64,000 nt of DNA. It comes from Candidatus Oxydemutatoraceae bacterium (GTDB lineage: Bacteria > Pseudomonadota > Gammaproteobacteria > Poriferisulfidales > Oxydemutatoraceae). The position numbers were made by a program, and so were the translations under genes. The stretch lies in the NCBI GenBank assembly GCA_965218975.1, contig OZ244717.1, forward strand, positions 1,600,001 to 1,664,000, read 5' to 3'. The notes beneath the pieces were generated by a model that searched no databases, was not told the origin of the DNA, and worked only from the letters and a program-made list of their open reading frames with translations. Shown here one piece after another: positions 1 to 9,997 of this stretch (within the stretch, counting starts at the first letter, position 1; each line of letters starts with the position of its first letter).

Positions 1-1462
1 CACGTTGACGTTCATCCAGTTTTAGTTTCAGTTGGCCGATTTTCTCCTTCGGGTGAATTTTTTGATAGAGTGCATCTACTTCTTTGGCAATTTCAAGCAA
101 GATAGTTTCGACATAAGCCTTGCGTTTAACCTCGAATACTTCAACAGCCTGTTCCAGTCGGTTTTGTAGCACTTCTGTCTGCTTAGCTTCAATGGCCTTT
201 TCATCCAAAGTTCGAACCAGTTGCTTGATGGTGGTTAGGGTATTGCTCTGCTTTTGAGTGGTATCCAATTCTGTTTGTAACTTGGGTAAACTCGTAATCA
301 GCTCATTGTGCAAAGCTAATCCGACCTGTATCGCCTGCTCTCGCCTGTCTTCCTCGAAATTTTTAATAGATTCCAGTTGTGGAAAATCCTGGGCAAAGTG
401 TGATTGCGCTGCTTCAGCATTTTCAAACAGCACGTCCTCGGCTCGTTTCAGCAGGGTCTTCTTGTCTTGCAGATTTCTTTCAGCTTTTAACTTCATGTCA
501 CTTGCTCGCTTGATGTTGTCCATACCTGCAATACGCTGATCAATTCTCTGTATCAGTTTAGCTGGCTCTATTTCTGTTTGCTCACAGACAGGGCATAAAG
601 TATCCGGGGTTTCGGTCAAATAGGCTTTAGCATCCTGTAACAAAATCACTAGTTGTGCATTACTCTGGGCTTCATGGAACTCAAGTTCAGCTAAATGTTT
701 CTCTGCTTTATTTAAGCTTTCTTGAGCTCGGGAAAGCTGAGTATTTGCCTGCTCATAGCTTTGAACGCTAGAAGCAAGATTTTCTACCCCCTCAACTTCA
801 GCTTTCAGTTTTTTCAACTCTATTTTCAGCACATCAAGTGATATGTTTGCCTGACTTCTCGCCCAAGCTTCAGCATCCAAATTCTCACCCAACCCGGGAT
901 TACCTTCAGCTTCCCATAAACCTTGTAGAGATTCCAACGCCTGAGTGTTGGCTTTAGCTGCAGACTCGTACTTTTCTCTTGCCTCTTTGTAAGCTTGACG
1001 CAGAGAGGTCTCAGAGGTTTCTATTTGGGGGATATCAAGAAAGCTAGCTACTTCTTTGTACCGTTGTGCAGGGTCCGCATCGATGAACGCCTGTAACAAT
1101 TTTCTGCGCAGCACTTTTGTACTGGGCCTGTCAGGCGAGTTGCAAAGTTTTAAACCTTTGGTGTTGAGGGTAGCACTATAAGTTTGGACTCCAAATACCA
1201 AGTCTATTTTTACATCGGTTAATGACTTCCCAATAGCTGGGATAAAGGCTTCTTTACGCCTACCTTTACCTAGTTTCCAGTCATCCAGAAAAGCTGTGGA
1301 ACCATTCCCTGCACATTCCATAGCATCAACAATGGTAGATTTCCCAGTACCATTTTCACCAAATATCAGTACCAAAGGTTTGCTGACATCAAACGATAAA
1401 TCCAAAGGCTGAGTGGCGCCGCGAAAGTTATGAATGGCCAGACGTTTTATTCTGTCAGTCAT
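1..1462 (-). CDS. SMC/RecF-like AAA ATPase with coiled coil (3' end outside window)
   Basis: Minus strand from ATG 1462 reads MTDRIKRLAIHNFRGATQPLDLSFDVSKPLVLIFGENGTGKSTIVDAME (NFRG + Walker A), then helical sequence running off the window edge; absent from the ORF track because it has no stop here. Confidence 0.85.
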   Translation of the reverse strand, partial: MTDRIKRLAIHNFRGATQPLDLSFDVSKPLVLIFGENGTGKSTIVDAMECAGNGSTAFLDDWKLGKGRRKEAFIPAIGKSLTDVKIDLVFGVQTYSATLNTKGLKLCNSPDRPSTKVLRRKLLQAFIDADPAQRYKEVASFLDIPQIETSETSLRQAYKEAREKYESAAKANTQALESLQGLWEAEGNPGLGENLDAEAWARSQANISLDVLKIELKKLKAEVEGVENLASSVQSYEQANTQLSRAQESLNKAEKHLAELEFHEAQSNAQLVILLQDAKAYLTETPDTLCPVCEQTEIEPAKLIQRIDQRIAGMDNIKRASDMKLKAERNLQDKKTLLKRAEDVLFENAEAAQSHFAQDFPQLESIKNFEEDRREQAIQVGLALHNELITSLPKLQTELDTTQKQSNTLTTIKQLVRTLDEKAIEAKQTEVLQNRLEQAVEVFEVKRKAYVETILLEIAKEVDALYQKIHPKEKIGQLKLKLDERQR

Positions 1463-1465
1463 GGC

Positions 1466-1675
1466 CTACTTCTTTATTTGGTGGTTATTTTGTTCTGCCG
1501 CAATATCAACAAGCAAAGACCAGTCTTCCGGTTTCAGGTTGCCAGCAACTATTTTTTGCTGTAGATGTTTACGCCTGGTTTCACTAATAAGGTTTTTCCC
1601 GACCAGTTCATTGATAATTTCTTCAGCAAGCTTAGTTTGTGGTTGCAGTTTTTCGTTTTGGCTCGACATAGTCAC
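1466..1675 (-). CDS. small hypothetical protein co-transcribed with the AAA ATPase
   Basis: 69-aa ORF with GAGGAG RBS near its start, ending 3 bp before the ATPase start. Confidence 0.65.
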   Translation of the reverse strand: MTMSSQNEKLQPQTKLAEEIINELVGKNLISETRRKHLQQKIVAGNLKPEDWSLLVDIAAEQNNHQIKK

Positions 1676-1693
1676 TCCTCGTCTATCAACCTC

Positions 1694-2605
1694 TTAATAT
1701 GGATTATTGTTAAGCACTTCTACCAGCTTTTGTATCGCTTGTGCGCGTTTGTCCTTATTCATCCTGCCCAAGTTAAGTTGCTTCCATCGAACTGCCGGTA
1801 ATTCCTTAGCACTGGGAAATGGCGATAGATTCCAGTTGGGCTCACCTTCTTTAAAGCCAATAAGAAACGCTTTATCTCGTTCCGTCATAGCACTTAGAAT
1901 TTTGACCGGCAAAGAGGATTGCACTTCACGCAGTCGTTCCAAACTGACATCCTTTTTTGTCATCCCCAGAAACTGATTATTATAGAGATGTCCCATATCC
2001 TGGATGTTAGGAGCCAGCATTTCATGAATCGGTTTGCCTTGGCTGATTAAATAAATTAGAAAAGCATCAAGTACCTCTCTTGTTAGTCCCTCGCCTTCTT
2101 CCAAAAACAGCAAGGTATCGAATAAATCTCGTGGATGTTGCCTTTGCAAAGCTGCACATAGTTTGCCTGCATACAATTCTGTTTTTGCCATGCAGTCTAT
2201 ATTCATGCCCCTATTGAATTCTTGCTCCAATGATGGGCATAAAGGCATCCCAACTGGTGGTAGCAAGGTCTCGCGTATCACATGATTGGGTTCAATTTTT
2301 GTTAATGCCTTTTCGTTCTGCACTAGAGCATTACCGGTCTTTGGATCAATGCTCACTTTTGTATCTGGCAATAACTTTTCAATCTCCGATTTAATGGCTT
2401 CCATATTATCCCGAATATCCTGCAGCGCTTCTTCGCGGCTATTCCGTGGTAAGTAATGCAAGTCAATATCTACAGAAAGTCTGGGGCAATCCAGAACAAA
2501 AAAATTGATGGCCGTGCCTCCTTTCAGTGCAAACACTTCTGTCTGGGCAACGATAGGCAATATGTCCAGCAGCAGGCTGACTTGCCTTTGGTGCTCTTCT
2601 CTCAA
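1694..2605 (-). CDS. abiEii: AbiEii-type nucleotidyltransferase toxin (type IV TA)
   Basis: FALKGGTAINFF..PRLSVDIDL, YAGKLCAALQRQHPRDLFD motifs. Confidence 0.9.
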   Translation of the reverse strand: MREEHQRQVSLLLDILPIVAQTEVFALKGGTAINFFVLDCPRLSVDIDLHYLPRNSREEALQDIRDNMEAIKSEIEKLLPDTKVSIDPKTGNALVQNEKALTKIEPNHVIRETLLPPVGMPLCPSLEQEFNRGMNIDCMAKTELYAGKLCAALQRQHPRDLFDTLLFLEEGEGLTREVLDAFLIYLISQGKPIHEMLAPNIQDMGHLYNNQFLGMTKKDVSLERLREVQSSLPVKILSAMTERDKAFLIGFKEGEPNWNLSPFPSAKELPAVRWKQLNLGRMNKDKRAQAIQKLVEVLNNNPY

Positions 2606-3399
2606 GAACCCACCCGCCAGTTCTCGGGTACTGTTATGCCAAATTCTGGATGCAGCAAGCCCCCGTTAACAATACTACGTTTACCTGTACCAAGATTGAC
2701 AGACTCCAAGTTTAGGTCGTTGTACCATTTGTGGCCGACAGTACTGGCTAACACTAAGAACAGCCGCTTGGCTTTTACCGATCTGCAAGCCTGGAGCGTG
2801 CTTTGCAGAAGCTGAACGCGCAAAGTCGTCAACCCCTCCATCAATTGCCAAGCTTCCTCAAAATCCGCGTATTTTGGCAATAAAAAGCAATACTCCAGCA
2901 TAGCTCGCTCAGGCGAACTAATCTTCAGCAATAATTTTTCAGTATGCCAATTAACCAAACTAGTGAAGGCTGGTCTGAATAACGCACTACCATTAAGTAC
3001 GCGCAGACTTGTGGCAAATGATTGGCGTCTAAACCAAAATGGTAATTTTTTATTTGATTCCACACTTAGCTGTAGAATCGGATTAGCCCCGACTTGCAGG
3101 TAATGCGCGCGCCCTTGGAGTTCTAATGCCGTCCGTGCCGCGGGGTAGACCATCAACTGCCGTTGCTGCAGAGCATAGATGGAACCTGCCAAAGTAGCCT
3201 CTGTACCAGCCCGTATCCAAGCTCCCCTACCCAAAGGCTCCAACCAACCGCTATTTTTATAGCGTTGTAGCAATTGGGGAGAAACATGCTGTGAATTAAG
3301 CCATCCACTGGTCATCGGTACCCCAGTAGGACATTTTGTCAGCAAACGGTTAATTTTGGTTACCGACAGCCTTTTATCCTGTGTTCGTGCAAAACTCAT
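2602..3399 (-). CDS. abiEi: AbiEi-type antitoxin / transcriptional regulator
   Basis: YKNSGWLEPLGRGAW, TALELQGRAHYL, SSPERAMLE, CRSVKAKRLFL motifs; 4-bp overlap with abiEii. Confidence 0.9.
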   Translation of the reverse strand: MSFARTQDKRLSVTKINRLLTKCPTGVPMTSGWLNSQHVSPQLLQRYKNSGWLEPLGRGAWIRAGTEATLAGSIYALQQRQLMVYPAARTALELQGRAHYLQVGANPILQLSVESNKKLPFWFRRQSFATSLRVLNGSALFRPAFTSLVNWHTEKLLLKISSPERAMLEYCFLLPKYADFEEAWQLMEGLTTLRVQLLQSTLQACRSVKAKRLFLVLASTVGHKWYNDLNLESVNLGTGKRSIVNGGLLHPEFGITVPENWRVGS

Positions 3400-3528
3400 T
3401 TCAAATTGCCCAGGTTCACATATAACGTAACTATCTAGTTTGAAATCTTAATAGCAGATAAATAAATAGTATATCTATAGGTGATACCAGGCAACTAATT
3501 ATTTAATTATTTTCTCATAAATAAATAT

Positions 3529-3560
3529 ATAGTTTATTTATTATATATTATTTAAACTAT
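3529..3560. promoter_or_regulatory. inverted repeat in AT-rich abiE promoter region, possible AbiEi operator
   Basis: ATAGTTTA-N16-TAAACTAT; AbiEi proteins are known to autorepress via inverted repeats; AT-richness makes a chance match possible. Confidence 0.3.
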
Positions 3561-3566
3561 CAAAAA

Positions 3567-6401
3567 TCAGGCAACTTCCCAAAATATGTTAAATAGCTGT
3601 TCTTCATTGACTTTTTGCTCTAGTTTGGCTTCAAGGTCACTAATCAATTCCTCACGGGAACTATCTACTGCATCTTGTTTATCAAACAGTTCGTGACGCT
3701 TTCTACTACGCAGTTTCTCAAGCTCGCGCTGCTGTTTCTGCCATTGCAGTTTTTCATTCAGCCCTGGAGCCGCCTTAGCAGTACGGCGGATTTCTCTTAT
3801 TTCTTTATCTAGCTCTTTAATTTCCTGTTCAAGCCCTACTTTTAAGTCATCTGCCCACGCATCGATCTTTTCAACCTCTGTCTCAAAATATTTAAGATTG
3901 CGCTCATTTATCTCTTTTAGTATGCCGGTTTTCCGATGGCCTAATTCATCAACTAAAGCTGGTAGATAGTTGACTTGAGTTTTGTTACTCCAGAAAACAG
4001 GAAAGCCTAGCATCTTTTCCAATACCTCCTGAGGGAGTAATTCACCTTTATCTGTCTGACCGCAGAGCACAACATAGTCTTCTGCTCGCTCAAGAGACTC
4101 TACGGTTATCAGGTGCGCAGCCAATTGACCAGATTGTCCCCGTAATTTCTTGATGACTGCCGCTTGAGTGTCTGTCGCACTGTAGTCAAAAGTTAGCTTT
4201 GCAGTGGAAAGCTCCCTCTCCTTTGCTTGCTGAATCAACCATTGTGCCAAAGGATGGCCTAGTCGATAGATATGGGTTTCTCCTTCCCGCCGTGGCAACT
4301 CATACTCACCTAGCGATATATCTGCTGGTGCATTTACAGGCAGGCTTCCAAGAACAAAGCCACCATTTACCTCTGTAATTGAATCATCAAGCTCACCCTT
4401 AGTTAGCTTTAGAAGCATTTTTTCATAGCGGTCCAATGAGGCGGTGCTGTCTATCTTGATTTTCTGCAGTACATCTTCATCAAAATGTTCAAACAGTCGC
4501 TTTTGTGTATTAACCATCTGCGCACTAACTTTGTGGGCCAACTCGAGTTGTAATTGCTCAAAAGCCATGATGATTTGTTTGGGTTTCCGGCAGGTCTGAT
4601 AAATGTCCTTAATGCGCTTTTCAAAGTTGACCCCACTTTCAATAGCACCTAGCACTTCATCCGATGCGCCAAATACCCCGTCAAACAGTCTGAATTTTTG
4701 CTCTAACAGCTCATAAACTCTTCGGTCTGCTTCATTAGTCAGGTCAATAAAGTTGAGCACGACAACATCGTGCTTTTGCCCGTAGCGGTGACACCGACCA
4801 ATGCGCTGTTCAATCCGTTGTGGATTCCAAGGCAAGTCATAGTTAATCACTAGTGAGCAAAATTGTAGATTGACTCCCTCAGCGGCAGCCTCTGTGGCTA
4901 TCATGATTCGCCCATAATCGCGGAAATACTCAACCAAAGCAGCGCGAGTATCCGCTGTTTGGGAACCAGTGACTTTGTCTGAGTCTTGATGGTGAGTCAG
5001 CCAGTCTTTGTATATTTGTTTTGCTAACTGATCACTATTCGTTCCATTAAACAGTACAATACCGTCTCGATATTCGCTATCACTCAACAGCCGCAATAAA
5101 TAATCTTGGGTTTTACGGGATTCGGTAAAAATAATAGCTTTCTCATTAGCATTTAGCTCTTCCAGTTTCTCAAAGCCGATTTTTAATGCCTTGAATAAAG
5201 CATTGCCTTTACTGTTATGGCGAATATTTTCAGCTAACTCCTTGAAGCCTTTAAGTTCTTCAATTTCTGCCTGTATAGATTCACGTTTTTGTTGTGAGAT
5301 AGCAGGCTGCTCTTCCCATTCCTCAGACGTTTCACTCAAGGCTTCATAGTCCGCCTGAATTTCATCAATAGTTTGTCGATCGTCCAAATCCTGATCTTCG
5401 AGGCTACGCTCTAACCTTGTGATAATTGACCCTAGTGCACCTGCAATAGCAAAAGACGACGACGCCAAAAGCTTCCACATTACCATTGAAATCAGTTGGC
5501 GTTGCCCGGCAGGCAAAGCATTGAGTTCCGGACGACGAAGGTAATCTGATACCAAACTGTAAAGTCGCTGCTCGTCGCTGTTTGGAGTAAATTTTTGCAC
5601 CAATGGAATACGCTTGGTATAGGAAACATAAGCCTGCACCTGTTCCCTTAAAGTACGTTTGCACACTGGAGCAATTCTGTGCTTTAATCTAGCAAAGGAG
5701 TAAGTCTCGTTGACTCGCCCATACTGTATCCTGAAACTATTTATATCACCAAAAATTTTATTATCGAGAACACTGACTAAGCCATATAGTTCCAACAATG
5801 TGTTCTGTAACGGTGTGGCAGTTAGTAAAATCTTATCTACGGCTGATAACGCTTCCTTGATTGCCTTGGCGATCTTGTTACTTTTTTTATACACATTACG
5901 TAACCGATGCGCTTCGTCAATCACTGCTAAATCCCAAGGTACCATTTTCACATCATTTGCCTTAGTTTTAGCAAATTGGTAAGAGCAGATAATCAGCCCT
6001 TCACCAACATCAAAGGGGGTTCTTATTCCCTCTTTCTTGGCTTTGTTATAATTTGCGGACTCAAGAACCCTACCATCAATACCAAACTTATCCTGCATCT
6101 CCTGATGCCACTGTTTTCTAAGATTAGCTGGTACGATTACTAAAATGCGGCGTTTATACTCAGCCCACTTTTGAGCAATAACTAAACCAGCTTCAATTGT
6201 CTTACCCAAACCAACTTCGTCGGCAAGCAACACCCCTTTGTTTAGAGGACTTTTGAAGGCGAATAGTGCCGCATCAACCTGGTGAGGATTAAGATCAATT
6301 TGAGCGTCCATAATCGCACCAGTCAGCTTGTCCTGATCGTCAGATGAAAGACGGCGAGTGAGTTGCCATGCAAAATATTGTGTTTGGTAATGCGTATACA
6401 A
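3567..6401 (-). CDS. SNF2-family helicase of the type often linked to restriction-modification loci
   Basis: LLADEVGLGKT, DEAH, LTATPLQN, EGVNLQ, YDLPWNPQRIEQRIGRCHRYGQ; C-terminal coiled coil. Confidence 0.9.
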   Translation of the reverse strand: MYTHYQTQYFAWQLTRRLSSDDQDKLTGAIMDAQIDLNPHQVDAALFAFKSPLNKGVLLADEVGLGKTIEAGLVIAQKWAEYKRRILVIVPANLRKQWHQEMQDKFGIDGRVLESANYNKAKKEGIRTPFDVGEGLIICSYQFAKTKANDVKMVPWDLAVIDEAHRLRNVYKKSNKIAKAIKEALSAVDKILLTATPLQNTLLELYGLVSVLDNKIFGDINSFRIQYGRVNETYSFARLKHRIAPVCKRTLREQVQAYVSYTKRIPLVQKFTPNSDEQRLYSLVSDYLRRPELNALPAGQRQLISMVMWKLLASSSFAIAGALGSIITRLERSLEDQDLDDRQTIDEIQADYEALSETSEEWEEQPAISQQKRESIQAEIEELKGFKELAENIRHNSKGNALFKALKIGFEKLEELNANEKAIIFTESRKTQDYLLRLLSDSEYRDGIVLFNGTNSDQLAKQIYKDWLTHHQDSDKVTGSQTADTRAALVEYFRDYGRIMIATEAAAEGVNLQFCSLVINYDLPWNPQRIEQRIGRCHRYGQKHDVVVLNFIDLTNEADRRVYELLEQKFRLFDGVFGASDEVLGAIESGVNFEKRIKDIYQTCRKPKQIIMAFEQLQLELAHKVSAQMVNTQKRLFEHFDEDVLQKIKIDSTASLDRYEKMLLKLTKGELDDSITEVNGGFVLGSLPVNAPADISLGEYELPRREGETHIYRLGHPLAQWLIQQAKERELSTAKLTFDYSATDTQAAVIKKLRGQSGQLAAHLITVESLERAEDYVVLCGQTDKGELLPQEVLEKMLGFPVFWSNKTQVNYLPALVDELGHRKTGILKEINERNLKYFETEVEKIDAWADDLKVGLEQEIKELDKEIREIRRTAKAAPGLNEKLQWQKQQRELEKLRSRKRHELFDKQDAVDSSREELISDLEAKLEQKVNEEQLFNIFWEVA

Positions 6402-6534
6402 TTTATTTACTTTGTTAGTCGTTATACCGCTTTGTCTTGTAGCTATCTGTTGAAATTAGCTGAGTCAGCTTAATACGGACAAGAAGCCTTTCTCTCCTAA
6501 CCTGCTGTTAGCGCCTTGATACCTATCAGTTTTC

Positions 6535-6687
6535 TCAAATATTCTGATGCTGCTTGTCGTCTAGCAGCTTGGTTGGTGTAGTCTTTAGCGGATTGAAAAT
6601 TTCAACAAATTTGAGTACAAATTCAGACTGGTCAAACGGCTTGTTTACCAGATCACTTAACTTTATTTCAATTACAGCAATATTCAT
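6535..6687 (-). pseudogene. N-terminal remnant resembling MmeI/YeeA-like DNA methyltransferases
   Basis: MNIAVIEIKLSDLVNKPFDQSEFVLKFVEIF.. recalls N-termini of this family; stops after 50 aa. Confidence 0.45.
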
Positions 6688-6744
6688 TTTAAAACTTACG
6701 GCCCTGCCTAATACTTAACTTCATCAAAAAACCACTACCTATAA

Positions 6745-7348
6745 TCACGAAAACACCAACGGATGCTGCTTATACTCTATGCTGTCTTTTAGTGATATTG
6801 GTGTAGATTTCCTCCTGTAGCCACCCGATACAGTTCGAACTACAATTTCCCCACTGTTCATTGACTTTTGAAGAGCTGACTTAATTTGAGCTTCTGATGC
6901 AGGTGTAAAGCTACCAATAAGGTCTGTCAATTCAGAAAAAGTGACTGGGCTATCATACTCACAAAGCAGCTTCGGAATATCTTCTGACAATTGATTAATA
7001 CAGTGAACCTGAGCATCCTTACCAAAATCAAAACTCTCAGTGAAATCAAGGCTGAATTGCCCGGGAGTCTCTACAGCCTTATAACCCAATGCAAAAATAC
7101 CTTTATCTAGATGATGGGAAAGGAGAACCTTTCACTTCAGTGCCGGTTATAATATTGTTATAGCAGCCACCACCAGCAAAACCATTGACTATCGTCAATG
7201 GGAGCGACTCAACAGTCGCCTTACTCATATAAACCTCTATATAACATTTAATATAGTCTGTTATAAGTGAATGCTTAATTTGACTATGCTCGTCCAGATC
7301 AGGAAGTGAACGACCAATTTCCCATTGATATTTATCTTTCTTAGACAC
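6745..7348 (-). pseudogene. tcmP: three-Cys-motif partner TcmP, internally deleted (fragments 7103-7348 and 6745-7089)
   Basis: HSQIKHSLITDYI..VNGFAGGG..GSP N-terminus directly downstream of DUF5131; ends abruptly and a C-terminal-like fragment follows in another frame. Confidence 0.7.
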
Positions 7349-7374
7349 AAAACAACCTTATTGCTTCAGCACGC

Positions 7375-8115
7375 TTAAACGGCAACAACTGGAATCATAT
7401 CCCAGGTCTTTCCTTGAAGTTCTCTGCCATTTGCGACTTTGGACCTTCTCTTGCCATCGGCCCCCCATGTCCCCCATTGTTTAAAGAAAAAATCGACACC
7501 TGCTGAATGACATTGATCACGTATCGACAAAGCCCATTTTTCTTCCATGGGCCTCGCTCTTGAACCAGATTCCCCGCCAACGATTACCCAATGTATTCCT
7601 TTCAGCCGTACCCGACCAATGTCTTCAAGTAAAGGTTCAATTGATAAAAATCGCGTTTTAGCTTTTATCGCCTGCAAATGAATGATTCTTGGCTTGCCGT
7701 ACTTTTTATCTTCCACAGAAACACCCAGCCATGCATTATCCGGCACCCTTCTTTCTATGAAATATTCGCGCATCCTTTCAGCGCGCTTCGTCAAAATCTG
7801 GTAACTATGCCGAGGTGTGGCTCGTATGGTTTCCATTATGCGGTCTATAAAGCTAAATGGAACCTTTTCGTGAAACAAATCACTCATTGAATTAACGAAA
7901 TACATCGTCGGTTTTTTTCTATGTATTGGTTGCTGCAACCGTTCGGGCAATAGAGTCAGCTTAAAACCGTTTTCATAGCCCATCACACCCATAGCTTGAA
8001 GCCTTTTAGCCATAGTTTCGGCATAACAATGCTTACAACCAGACGAAACCTTTGTACAGCCGGTAATAGGATTCCAAGTTTGTTCTGTCCATTCTATTTT
8101 GCTATTCGTTGCCAT
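7375..8115 (-). CDS. DUF5131 (phage Gp37/Gp68-like) protein
   Basis: IEWTEQTWNPITGCTKVSSGCKHCYAE, FVNSMSDLFHE, WVIVGGESG, FFFKQWG. Confidence 0.92.
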   Translation of the reverse strand: MATNSKIEWTEQTWNPITGCTKVSSGCKHCYAETMAKRLQAMGVMGYENGFKLTLLPERLQQPIHRKKPTMYFVNSMSDLFHEKVPFSFIDRIMETIRATPRHSYQILTKRAERMREYFIERRVPDNAWLGVSVEDKKYGKPRIIHLQAIKAKTRFLSIEPLLEDIGRVRLKGIHWVIVGGESGSRARPMEEKWALSIRDQCHSAGVDFFFKQWGTWGADGKRRSKVANGRELQGKTWDMIPVVAV

Positions 8116-8262
8116 ATTCGTACCCCAGCATTTTTTTTAAATCTAACTAAGCGCCAAAATCATAGCTCCAACACCCCATTCTACTGAATGTATCTCATCC
8201 GATTTCCATTTGTGTATCTCTTTAATCTTAAAATTAGATTTTACTTTTAATCTTATTCAGTC

Positions 8263-8288
8263 TGAAGCGGGTCCCATCAATTGGACAG
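8263..8288 (+). mobile_element. possible isolated IS3-family terminal repeat
   Basis: TGAAGCGGGTCCCATCAATTGGACAG resembles IS3-type ends; no transposase found. Confidence 0.25.
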
Positions 8289-8573
8289 TAAAATCCGTTT
8301 CTTAAATGAACTCCACTGCCATCGGTTACGCCATCAAGGAAAGTCCTGATAGTAGATTGTAGTAAACTTAGTCTAGTGTCCTTCGGTCAAGACTGGTATG
8401 ACGTCGGCGTCGGTTAAAAATCTTCATAACTTGGCAAAACGCCAATTTGCGGACAACATACTAAGGCGATGACCAAGTAGTGCATAATTTACCGAAACAA
8501 CTAATAGAGGGAAGTTAATCGATGTCTTCTAAAAAAATGTTCCAAAAAAACTAAATCACCCTATTTTTTGTTC

Positions 8574-8936
8574 CTATTGCGTTTGTAGCCGCGGCTTTCT
8601 TTTCTTGAGGATATCAGGCTGGATCCCTATATCTAATCGGATCCCTAATATAAACATTCTCTGTCGGGCCTGAGGTACACCATATTTCCCTGCTTTTACA
8701 ATAAAAGATTTTAGATCAATACTTTCTCTAATTTCTCCTGAACAAGAAAGCGAATGTAATTGGTACTTCAAACCATTATTGTTTCTTTTAATCGCCCAGA
8801 TTGGCTTGGAAAGATCTTTAACCATTTTGTCGATTACCGGCTCACCATCTACCTGAGTCAACAGTAGCCCTTTGACATTTTCCATAACGAATACAGGTGG
8901 CCTACTTCCAAGACGAAGACACTCTTCATGAAGCAT
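8574..8936 (-). pseudogene. C5 cytosine DNA methyltransferase fragment
   Basis: Motif VI (FVMENVKGLL) and motif VIII (YGVPQARQRMFILG) present; motifs I/IV and the C-terminus missing. Confidence 0.8.
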
Positions 8937-8938
8937 TA

Positions 8939-9154
8939 CGAATAAAAGAGGCTTACTGGAAGTATTAGCAAGAGTGGCGTTTAACCTTAGAATTGAGAAA
9001 TACCGTTGGTACAGGGCAAATTGATCAAACTGAACATTCGATCAACTTATGTCCAATTCCAAACGAAGCAGTGAAAGAAGTATATTACACGGAGCGAACA
9101 GCATCGCTGGATCTAGAAATAATAGAAGAAAGATTGAGTAATCCAAGCAATTGA
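8939..9154 (+). pseudogene. DUF2971-like C-terminal remnant
   Basis: RIKEAYWKY*QEWRL matches K-x3-W-x-Y-E-x-E-W-R with a TAG at the Glu position. Confidence 0.55.
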
Positions 9155-9274
9155 TTTAGAGCAAAAACACCCCTGAAGTTAGCTCCAGCGTCGGACGAAT
9201 ACGGATACGAAATTATGAAGACCCAGATTAACCTTAGCTAGCGAATAATCCAAAGTGATCAAGGAGAAACCAAC

Positions 9275-9520
9275 ATGACAAACGAAGAAATTGCAGCATT
9301 CGTGCTCGTGGTACACGTGCGCAACGTGGCACTAGAGAAGGTGCCGGATGAAGCAGTTGATCTGAACGATTGTTTAAGTGACAACCTCCCGGTTAAGGAA
9401 TGGCAAGAACTATACGCCGTAGCACTGAAAAATGCTGAGCGCTTTAATGAAGACGCCTATTCTGCTTCAGTCCTACGAGTGCATAAGGTACAGCCCCATA
9501 TTGCTTCTGCTGCACTCTGA
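9275..9520 (+). CDS. hypothetical protein
   Basis: 81-aa ORF with AAGGAG RBS. Confidence 0.5.
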   Translation: MTNEEIAAFVLVVHVRNVALEKVPDEAVDLNDCLSDNLPVKEWQELYAVALKNAERFNEDAYSASVLRVHKVQPHIASAAL

Positions 9521-9710
9521 AGCTGTATTGAGTAAGCAAACTGGTAACAAATGAAGGCAACCCTGATGAACTGCTCACCTGACCAGCCAAGATGCCGGTT
9601 CGATTGAGGATAAATGGTAAATACTTTCCCTGTTCTTAGTAATACAGAAAGTAATACTTTGCTATCTTTAAAACTTTGAATATTCCCCTAAATCAAGTAG
9701 ATAGACTACA

Positions 9711-9730
9711 GGTTCGATTCCCGCCGCCCC
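9711..9730 (+). mobile_element. putative att site: displaced tmRNA/tRNA 3'-end fragment bounding the defence island
   Basis: GGTTCGATTCCCGCCGCCCC = T-loop plus 3' strand with no upstream tRNA body. Confidence 0.55.
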
Positions 9731-9997
9731 TTCCTATAAAGTCCGATAGCGTTTAAACCACACATCAAGCGACTTCACAATATTGCTTCGTGTGTAACCA
9801 AACCATCCTTCAATCTCGCCTCCTGCACAACCAAGTATCGCCAAATTTTGCTTCTCCTTAAAAAATTATTCCACATCAAAATTGGTGAGCGAAACGGTTT
9901 AAAGGCTTGTCTTTCTCAGAAGAGAATTTTCACAACCCCGTATAAATTTCATCAAAAGTATTATCACCACATTCTAGAATAGCCATGAATCAATGCT

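Noticed and set aside
9555-9615. CTGATGA as a hammerhead ribozyme core
   Set aside because: No suitably placed GAAA or flanking stems
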